A stretch of 62,211 nt of DNA, the filler included, from Collodictyon triciliatum (Eukaryota), in assembly GCA_043381765.1 (NCBI GenBank). It is 5 parts of 5 records of this genome, joined end to end, with 100 filler letters (N's around TTAATTAATTAA, not from the genome) between each part and the next. Parts side by side here need not be neighbours in the genome. Positions count along the whole stretch, not along the records: positions 52,236 to 62,211 come from JBHJMP010000464.1; 4 more parts are not named here. The stretch is one strand, 5' to 3'. The notes under the pieces are model-generated. The model saw nothing but the letters and a program-made list of their open reading frames with translations. It was not told where the DNA came from and ran no database searches. This document shows, piece after piece, positions 53,147 through 62,211 of this stretch; within the stretch, counting starts at the first letter, position 1; every line of letters begins with the position of its first letter. The position numbers and the translations under genes are program-made.

Positions 53147-56100
53147 AGACAAAGTAAATAGAATAGATCGATTCTGTTCTCACCAATCCGATGCTGCTCA
53201 TCATTTTCGAAAGGGATTTTTTGAAAATCTGATATGACGGGAGGGATATTGAAAATTTCTTCCATAAAACAAACAAACAAACAAACAAACAAACAAACAA
53301 ACAAACAAACAAACAAACAAACAAATAAACAAATAAACAAATAAACAAATAAACAAATAAACAAATAAACAAATAAACAAATAAACAAATAAAGAAACAG
53401 ACAAACAAGCAAGCAAAACAAAACAAAAAAACAGCATATCCCATTCAGGGAGCAAAGTGGTTTTCCTAAATTTAATCCTCAAAAGCTAAATTACCTCAAT
53501 CTCCTCGAAAACCTCTTCATCAGCAGCGATAGAGGAATGAATGTGGGCCATTGGTACTATTTGGCATTGGTAGGGATGCAGTATACCGCGCTGTTTATTT
53601 GGTTCATCGGATTTTTTTTAGGAAGTGATTTGCCGATAAGAGACAATCACAAAAGGGGATAATACAAAACTCTTAAAATGGATGATCAAAAAGAAAAAAG
53701 AAAAAAGAAGTTGATATCAATTGGTAATTTGATTTCTTTTGGTCGATTATAAGGTTAAATAAATACGTCTGGGATGCTCAGGTAGACTTTCTCTCCATAG
53801 GCGATAGCAAGATGCTTTTGTCTTTTCGGTGAATCAAAGCAAAACCAACAATTTTCCTGAATACTTTGTTCGATGTTGTACTCTAAAAGAGCATAAATCA
53901 TGGAAGAATTAATTCTTATAAAACTTGTACAACCAATTAAAATGACGCATAATTATCAGCAGGGTTCAAGGAAAATGAAATTGACACGCAGTAAAGACAA
54001 AAGAAAAAACCTTTCAAAAGTTTTTTTTCTTGTCTCTTCTGCTGTTTCTCAGTTGACTGCTTCTTCCTGTGTTCGTCGAAGACAGACATGTCTTGGTCTA
54101 ATTCATAATCTTCATCGAACCCTTTTTCCTTCTCGGATATAGTGTTTGTATAAAAAGTCTTAATTATGGCCAGAAATTTATCTGATTGTTAAATTTAACA
54201 ACACGTTGTGATTCACGCTTATTTTTCTTAAGTTGTATGTGGTTGATGTAGAACTGAATCGGTTGTTGTACTATGAGAGTTATTTTAAACAATTATTCTG
54301 TTTGATCGAATTTAAGTCGAGATTGCTGACATTCTATTTAGGATATCCTCTGCGTACACACAATTGTTATTTACATATATGGGTATATTTGGAGGAATCT
54401 TCTATTGTGTACTTGCAACCAACGATACATCGAAAGAAAATCAAAATAAACAGGGGTGCTGGTTGAAATAAATAAACATGTGAAAGCAATTCACACAAAC
54501 CTTGTATCGAGAGTTACGAGTGATGTTTTGCGCCATGACTGCATCCTGGTCGATGAAGCCCTCTTTTTTCTAGAGCAGGAATTTGGTGGCGTGTCAATTA
54601 CAACAAAATAAAAATATAAATTCGTCGACTCTTAAAATTAAAAATAACTAAATAGTATGCTTAGATTCATAAACCCCATTTTCTAATTTTTATTGTTTTA
54701 TTTTTCTAAAAATACGTATTGGGAAAAATTGCTTGAGAAATAATTAAAGGCAAATATCTCAAGATTACCGCTAAAATATTTTAAATTTACAAATAAAATA
54801 TAAATTGAAAGGAAGAACAAAGAAAATTAACATATAAAAATTGGATTAACTATTATATGATTTTCATTGTGCAATTACCTCACGTTCCATCAGCTTTTCA
54901 AGAGAGACGTGATCGTCGTTGAAAAAGGCTGTCCTGTTCCCATCCTTGTCGTACATCTGTTGGTTTATTATATTTTTTGAAAGAAAGTTTATGTTTCGGT
55001 TGAAAATGAAATGTAAACAAATGGAACACAGTATTAGTAGTATAGAATATATCACGATAATAGGTTAAACCAAACATTGGCTCTTTTTTGTGTCCGGTGT
55101 TGCTTATCTCCATGAATTTCCTTAGCGAGAAGCTTACCATCTTGATCTGATTACGCGAGTTAAGCTCATTGATATTCAATTGAAGGCAACAGATAAAATA
55201 ATACAGTATATGTTGCACCTTCGTATTTGTTTTTGTTTTTCAAAGAGGGAAAACTGACCAACTTGTGGTAGAACCACGACTTTTTTGAGGGCCCTTAATG
55301 AGACAATATTTCACGTAGGGACATAATGGAAGATGTTTAATAGGGTACTATATTTTCTTTCGATTGTTTATATTGGTTTTGGTGCAAAAAAATATATGTT
55401 TTTATACAAGAGAGGTATCAGTTGTGAAATACCATATGAAGAGGGGCAGTTGTGCTCAATGAATCTATAGATCCATAGACATACTTACGGAAGAGGTTTA
55501 GATTGGATATATTCCATCTGCTTCTTAATCGCTTCGTACATCGCTTGATCACCCTTCATCTGAGCCTTCAAAGCTTTTCCTTCCAAAATGTTGGGGTCGC
55601 TTATCTCTGGGAAAGGAAAATTAAGTTCGGGCATTGCAGCTAGGGATTCATTCTCGTCGGGCAAGGTGGACGTAATTCCAATATGCGGAAGATTGTGAAG
55701 ATGAGATGGAGGTTGTCCTTTCTCGAATGGCGAATCTGCTGATGGTTCTGACATATTTACGGTTGAACGAGAGGCGAGAACGGGAGTAGATTTTTCGCTC
55801 GATATCGGTGTGTTATCGGACTGATCTTTTGTCCATCTCAACGCTGTGCTTAAAGATGGAGATCTCATCTGAAGTTTAGAGGACGACAGGGATTCTTTTG
55901 GTGTCAACTTCTGCTGAGGAGTTGTTCTTGGGGAGGGGGTGGACCTATATTCGAGCAGAATAATCATTAATTGCGCAATAAAGCGAGTGATAAAAGTTCA
56001 AAAAGCAAACATATAACTAAAGAACATGGGTCCTCTATATAAAGTTTTGTACAAAATGTTTTAAAGATAAAAAGTACATGCTTTTCCCTTCAATCGCAAG

Positions 56101-58243
56101 CAGATTAAGGTTCTATTTGTATTTTTTTTTTTTAAAAAAAAAAAGGCATCAATTTCATCGAAAAAATCATGATAGATTTCAAAATTTTTTTTATTACTGT
56201 CCAAACGGAGATATAACATGTATTATTTATGTCCCAGTATATCACGGCAATATCAAATAAATTATATATATATATATATTGGAGGTTTTTGTTTCATTAA
56301 AAAAAATTACTCCATAACGGTCCATTAGGACGTCTTCCAACTTTCGACCTTGTTCGGATGCTAACTCTTTGGCTCTCTGCAAGGCTCTAAGCTTCCATCC
56401 CATCCCGCCATCACCTATACTCTGTCGGTTTGAGACTAAAGAGACATCATCCAAATTAGTGGGTTGAAATAGAGCAGACATAGTTGTTTGGGATATTTCG
56501 AATCAATAAGAACTTCTATTTCAAGAAAGCCTTTTCTCTGGCGTCGAAATACAAGAAGAAGCTAAGTGGGCCAAAGAACCAATAAATGAATATATCTAGA
56601 AGATATTAAATTGCAACCAGGAGTAGATTTATCTTCTTCGGCTTTGGCATCATCTTTGTGTTTTTCATTCTTTAAAGGTTCCTCAACCTTTTCCTCAGGT
56701 GCCTATCAAATAAAGGACATTATGGTTCAATTACGGCAACGACAAAATATCCTAATTAACTGCCATATTCATAAATCAAATTGAGAATTCTTGAGTTACT
56801 ATTGTTGTTGGTAAATCTAATAATGTCGACACGAAGTGACAAGATAGCTATAATCACATTTTCTGGTCCTCTGGCCCTTCTAGTGGAGACCATTGGTATT
56901 GTCATCCAGTCCTCTCGCTTCAGTACAGGTTTTTCCACTTGCTCTGAGTCTTCCTTTGTGTCATAATGCGAGGCCGATGCAAAATCTTCGTTTGCTTTGG
57001 AGGCTTTTGTTTCAGCGGGTACCCATTCTCCTTCGCTGTCGGAGGCGTCTGACCTATTTGTACTGCTGTCGTCAGAGTCAGAGTCTGAAGACGATGAGGA
57101 GGAGCCTGACTTTTTAACTTTATTCTATCGAAGAGAAATATTGATGTAAGTGCTCTTCAGGTTTTTTCTAAAAAGAATAAAAAGTCCGGAAGGAAAGAAA
57201 ATTAATGAAAGGAAATTAAAATAATGATATGAGAAAAGTGCATTATTCAAATTGTGTACGCAAACCAGCAGAAAACATTTGTAAAGTGTGGGACTCACCT
57301 TCCTCCTTTCCCTTTCCTTTTCCTTTTCCTTCTTCTTCCTACGCTTTTCCTCCTTCTTTAGCTTCTTGAGCTTTTTCTTTTCTTTTTTTCGATCTTTCTT
57401 TTCCTTCTTTTGCCGCTCCACCTATCGTTTTATGTTTGTAGTGGTTAATTGCAAGGTTTAACAAACTGAGTGAGTGAGATGGGGGCTTCCGCAGCACATG
57501 AGGAGAAAAGAGGAGAAAAGAGGAGAAAAGAGGAGAAAAGAGGAGAAAAGAGGAGAAAAGAGGAGAAAAGAGGAGAAAAGAAGAGAAAAGAAGAGAAAAG
57601 AAGAGAAAAGAAGAGAAAAGAAGAGAAAAGAAGAGAAAAGAAGAGAAAAGAAGAGAAAAGAAGAGAAAAGAAGAGAAAAGAAGAGAAAAGAAGANNNNNN
57701 NNNNNNNNNNNNNNNNNNNNNNNNNNNNNNNNNNNNNNNNNNNNNNNNNNNNNNNNNNNNNNNNNNNNNNNNNNNNNNNNNNNNNNNNNNNNNNAAGAGA
57801 AAAGAAGAGAAAAGAAGAGAAAAGAAGAGAAAAGAAGAGAAAAGAAGAGAAAAGAAGAGAAAAGAAGAGAAAAGAAGAGAAAAGAGAAAAGAAGAGAAAA
57901 GAGAAAAGAAGAGAAAAGAGAAAAGAAGAGAAAAGAGAAAAGAAGAGAAAAGAGAAAAGAAGAGAAAAGAAGAGAAAAGAAAAGAAAAGAAAAGAAAAGA
58001 AGAGAAGAGAAAAGAAGAGAAAAGAAAAGAAAAGAAAAGAAAAGGTGACGTGAAGAAACCCGCTGGATGATGCTCAGAAGGAAAGAGAGCAAAGTAAATA
58101 CTTGCTTCAAGCTCTTCCTGTTTGCGTTTCTTTGTGATCATCTCATCGGCGAAGCACTCCTTCACAAAGTCGCGCTCCTGCGTAAACTCCAGCAGTTTTT
58201 TGCGGGAAATAACACCCTCTGGGATATCATCGTCGGAGCCCAT
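52380..58243 (-). CDS. CWF19L2: CWF19-like protein 2 (spliceosome/lariat-associated, CwfJ C-terminal domains), 3'-truncated at contig join
   Basis: [68 protein letters not shown]...[13 protein letters not shown]...[10 protein letters not shown]...[39 protein letters not shown]...[10 protein letters not shown]. Confidence 0.93.
53266..53391. repeat. (AAAC)n-(AAACAAAT)n compound microsatellite, intronic
   Basis: Tandem tetramer and octamer units. Confidence 0.95.
57500..58043. repeat. (GAGAAAAGA[A/G])n polypurine decamer repeat with 100-N gap (57695-57794), first intron of CWF19L2
   Basis: Tandem decamers. Confidence 0.95.
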
Positions 58244-58951
58244 CTGAAGAAAGATCCTACTTTTCAGAAGCACAGATGCACAAAGGCCAAAACCACAGGC
58301 GAGCACACAAGATGACAAGAAGGAGCGAGGCAAAGGAACGGAGCACAACAACCCAAACAGCAGTCGATACAGAACGTTCATCGAAGGAGAATCACGCGAG
58401 TGGCGAGTCGGGCTGTTGGAGTCTGTTTTTTCAGTTGGCAATAAATGTTGACGTTTGTCGACGTCACTATATAGTTGTGGATTATATTTCCAAACCCTGT
58501 TGTTTGTCCTGTGCCTGGCTGAAAAATAACACAGCAGATACTTTTTGTGGGTGAGACTGATGGCATCGTTGCTTTTCTATCTATTATCATGCAAATACGT
58601 GCGTGTACTGAAAAAAATAATAATGTTACATGTCCAGGGTTTGGAAGATGAAAAATTCAAATCTTTATTAAATTGAGTCGTTTTCAAGCATCCTTTGACA
58701 TACTTGGCCACCCTCCGGGAAGAGGATAGGAGCGACATACAAGGGATGTATAATAGGAAGAGGATGAGAAATAAGGAGAAGAAAAAAAAAAGAAGGAAAG
58801 GTTTAGATGACGAGGTGCAGATGAAAAGAAAATAAAAAGGGTAGGAAAGAAGAAAGCAACAGAGGCAAACGCACAGCAACAGAATGAAAGAAAAAGGTTA
58901 AATCACGTCCGTCTAGAGACTCGAGATTGATTGGGTATTCAACCAGTAGTG

Positions 58952-61084
58952 TTACCTATTTTCTCTCCAATTGAGGTCGTAATTGTGCGTTGATGAGGTG
59001 TTTCCGTGGGTTCCATAGTTTGCTTTTGAATTACCGCCTTTGCTTCGATTCCCTGAACTGCCGCTTTGGCTCCCAGTCGGCGCTTGGCTTCCATTCGGCT
59101 TGGGCTGAGACTTTGGACTCACCGGTGACCTGCGCGTTTCGGTTGTGGTTGCTTCCCTGGGCGATTTTGAATCTGATGGTGGATTTGTAGCCATCTCTGT
59201 CTTTTGTTTGGAAGTTGCATCGCGCGGAGAGGTTTGATGGGAGTCTTTCAGAGCGGCTGCGTCCCCTCGAGGTGTCTCTATTTCACGCGAAGGTGGTTCA
59301 GGAACAGATTCCACCGCACTTTCCTTCTTCAAACTGCTTGTTGCAGTTACGGGAGAGCTCTCTGGGGTGCTCAGCTTTATAAATACCATGCGCACGCCTT
59401 GTCGAGATTGATTATTGATTTTTTGTGAGCCCGGCGTGTTTGGAGACTTTGGAGGCAGACTAGAACTGGGTGTTGTAGGCTTTTGATTCGTCGTCGGAAT
59501 ATGCGGTTCGAGTTTTGTCTCCGGTTTGCCCGGCTGCTTGTCCACTTGCTTGGGGTCTGGGGTTCGGGGTTGGGGGTTAACTTTTGTTTCAGACCTACCT
59601 GTTTGCACCGGTGGCTCGACAGGAGGGGTGACTGATTGCCGTGACGGCTGTGAAGTTTGCTGGGGTTGACTTTTGATCGTTTCCTTCGTCTCTGTCTTTG
59701 CTGGTTGAGGTTGTGGGGTTGTCTGTTGGGATGAGGATAGCACCGTAGCTTGCACCTGCAGTTGTGGCTGTGGCTGTGGCTGTTGCACGTTGCTTTCAGT
59801 GCTGGCTTGTGGCTGTGTTAAAGTAGCGGGGGTTGACGGAACGATTGCATTTGGTGTCGTCGTTTGCTTCTGAGGCTGTACGCCAAAAAAGTATGTGACT
59901 GCTCTCTGGGCATAAAAGATGTAGTCGGGATGAGCCGAAAAGTTTAACCGAGTCCACAACTCTTTCACTCGAGTGATGTTTGGATCGAAAGGCACTTTGC
60001 ATTCCTGGAGACTCCATGTCGATGGCCAGATTTCATAGGGATAATACCCCAACAACGGGATGAATTTCCATGTAAAGCTTGGCCCGTATCCCTGACTCGT
60101 CGGGGAATCGGACAAAGCGTGAATACCTGTATTGCCAAAGAGCTCTGGGCTTTGTTTTAGCCTATCCAGGTTAGGGTGATTTCGTGGGACAAACTCTTCA
60201 TAGGGTGGGAAGGCTGCGTCTCGAAGAAAATCAGAGGTCGGGTTGGATAGGTGATGAAAGGTCAAGAACTGGCCGCGGATATATGGTGTTGTGTGATGGT
60301 GGCACAAAATAGGGAACCATAGTACAGAGAACCACGAGTCTGGGTGGATGTCATCACTGGATCCATGAAGAAGAGCCTTCAAAGCTGCACGTGGTGATGG
60401 GAGAGAGTTTGATTCCTCGCCAAAATTCTGGTTTCCTTGGCCTTCTTCGGTGGAGGCCAGATGCATGATTTGTTCATAAAGAGGTCGTCTCATATTCGGC
60501 TGTGTGTTTTCGAGAAACTCATACCAGACAAGTGGGGCATTTTCCTTGCGCTCCTGCCTCTGTGAAGCCTCATCTGATGAGCCTACCAAAGAATTGGAAC
60601 CGGATGCTGCCTGGGCGTAAGTCTTGCGAGAAGCTTGGGAGGAGTTTGCAGACGGCACGTTTCCACGCGCGGCTGCGATGTGTGTTGGGTAAAAGATTTG
60701 CATGGCAGACAAGTAAGGCACAAAGTATGTGTGAACTTTGACGTTTTCGAGGAGCATCGGCACTTCAAAGCCATACGGCCGATCATAGAAGCACCAGACA
60801 TCCGATAGAAGAAAGGCATTTATGGATGGGCTGTTTTCATGGAGCCCTGCACTGAGCGGCTCTGCATTGTCGACTGCGTTATCGCCCGTAGTTGAGTGGC
60901 TGGTCTCTGCTGGTTGCGGAGGAATTCCAGAGTCTTGTGCTTTCGGCTTCCGATTAGTCCGCCAGTCAAAGGAGCGAACCGTAGGTGTGGTGTGGAACAG
61001 AAACTGATCGAGATTGGTCGGATGAGTTTGCTGCGTCGGTGGGTTTGGCAGATCGGTGCTCGGGGAGGCAAGGTTTGCTTGCAT
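58952..61084 (-). CDS. DUF789-family protein with long Gln/Pro/Thr/Ser-rich C-terminal tail; single uninterrupted ORF
   Basis: TNLDQFLFHTTPTV; FLLSDVW...YGFEVPMLL...YFVPYLSAMQIF; YEFLENTQPNMRRPLYEQI; SDDIHPDSWFSVLWFPI; FLTFHHLS; HPDYIFY. First ATG at 61082-61084; an upstream exon cannot be excluded. Confidence 0.85.
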   Translation of the reverse strand: MQANLASPSTDLPNPPTQQTHPTNLDQFLFHTTPTVRSFDWRTNRKPKAQDSGIPPQPAETSHSTTGDNAVDNAEPLSAGLHENSPSINAFLLSDVWCFYDRPYGFEVPMLLENVKVHTYFVPYLSAMQIFYPTHIAAARGNVPSANSSQASRKTYAQAASGSNSLVGSSDEASQRQERKENAPLVWYEFLENTQPNMRRPLYEQIMHLASTEEGQGNQNFGEESNSLPSPRAALKALLHGSSDDIHPDSWFSVLWFPILCHHHTTPYIRGQFLTFHHLSNPTSDFLRDAAFPPYEEFVPRNHPNLDRLKQSPELFGNTGIHALSDSPTSQGYGPSFTWKFIPLLGYYPYEIWPSTWSLQECKVPFDPNITRVKELWTRLNFSAHPDYIFYAQRAVTYFFGVQPQKQTTTPNAIVPSTPATLTQPQASTESNVQQPQPQPQLQVQATVLSSSQQTTPQPQPAKTETKETIKSQPQQTSQPSRQSVTPPVEPPVQTGRSETKVNPQPRTPDPKQVDKQPGKPETKLEPHIPTTNQKPTTPSSSLPPKSPNTPGSQKINNQSRQGVRMVFIKLSTPESSPVTATSSLKKESAVESVPEPPSREIETPRGDAAALKDSHQTSPRDATSKQKTEMATNPPSDSKSPREATTTETRRSPVSPKSQPKPNGSQAPTGSQSGSSGNRSKGGNSKANYGTHGNTSSTHNYDLNWRENR

Positions 61085-61276
61085 CGTGGGGGACAACAGA
61101 GCCTTGTTTTCTGCGCTGGGAAAAGGAGTTTTTTTTTTTATTTCTTTCTTTTCTCTTTCTGAATAGTTCTTTCCTCAAGCTATTCACAAAAAGGGGTGAT
61201 TTTCCTGCAAGTTACAGTATGTTTGAATCTGTTTTGTTTCTACTTTCTGGTCGCCCCTTTCCTTTTTTTTTTTTCT

Positions 61277-61341
61277 TCTTTTACTTCTTTTACTTCTTTT
61301 ACTTCTTTTACTTCTTTTACTTCTTTTACTTCTTTTACTTC
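61277..61341. repeat. (TTTTACTTC)n nonamer repeat
   Basis: About 7 tandem units. Confidence 0.9.
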
Positions 61342-62211
61342 TTTTTTTTCTCTGGAGTGGGGTTTCAATACTGGCTTTGTCGCTTTTGCTTGCTGTTTCG
61401 AAAACTAAGGTGTGCCTCATCGTCGGTCGAGTGGCACGGTGGTGTCTGAGAATAATGGGTTTTCTCGGTCATTTCTGGAAACTATAATAAAATCACATTT
61501 TTAATTATTCTGGTTCATCACGTTTGTGTCTTTATCTGCTTCATAACAAAAATTTTATACATACTAATGTATATTTAGATAAAGACTATCCAGCAGAGTA
61601 CCTGCGGTCCATGAGCCATGACCACGGTTGATTATGCGTTTTGCAATGTCCCAAGTTGCAGCGGCCTGGTCTTCGATGGGCCGTGGCAATCCTCGAGGGA
61701 CGCCGGACAGCCTTGATACAATCGCTGGCATCATGGCAAACACTTGCCACATGCAACTCAGGCTGCCTTGGCCTGCCGCTGAGTCCCTGACGTGCTCCAC
61801 ATTTCTAATCCCGAAAGAAACAACCACGCCAAACGGCTCTTTCGGCTTCTGCGCAAATACGGTCATTATTTACGGCGCAGAAGAGACATCTTGCCAGTAA
61901 GAACGCTGCTGATCGCCATTGTCGGAGAGGCAATCAGAAAGCTGGCATGATTCACGTCTGAACCTTAGTTTGAAACTAAAATCAAAACACCGAAACAAAA
62001 AAGAAGGGAAAGGGATTATTTATACAGAAAATAAAAAATACAGAAAATAAAAAATAAAAAATAAAAAAAAATAAAAATAAAAAATGAAGAATAGAAAATA
62101 GAAAATAGAAAATAGAAAATAGGAAATAGAAAATAGGAAATAGAAAATAGGAAATAAAAAATAAAAAATAGGAAATAAAAAATAGGAAATAAAAAATAAA
62201 AGTAAAGAATA

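Overview
This is AT-rich, intron-dense (GT-AG) eukaryotic nuclear DNA in the standard genetic code, probably from a protist. An amoebozoan-like lineage is my inference from the gene content. The window is five contig pieces joined by N-TTAATTAATTAA-N spacers (9715-9814, 15740-15839, 31062-31161, 52136-52235), plus six 100-N gaps, nearly all inside simple repeats. Genes recognised by manual splicing, in order: a MIR-less protein O-mannosyltransferase (3' part); an LRR/Cys-rich/multi-TM receptor-like gene; an Ariadne-type RBR gene whose catalytic Cys and His are replaced; LSG1; MDM12; a large NLR-like STAND gene (DUF4062-NACHT-TPR-pentapeptide-WD40); RFC1; the first exon of ALG3; a RIB7-type reductase; a full-length ABCC/MRP transporter; a decayed DEAH-box helicase pseudogene; CWF19L2; and a DUF789 gene. 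The most striking signal is in the NLR-like gene. Six consecutive exons are each exactly 126 nt, phase 2-2, and each encodes one TPR unit. They are spliced to a single 2-kb exon carrying a pentapeptide-WD40 module typical of a different NACHT family. No rRNA, tRNA, CRISPR array or transposase was recognised. All family calls come from motif recognition by eye, not from database searches.
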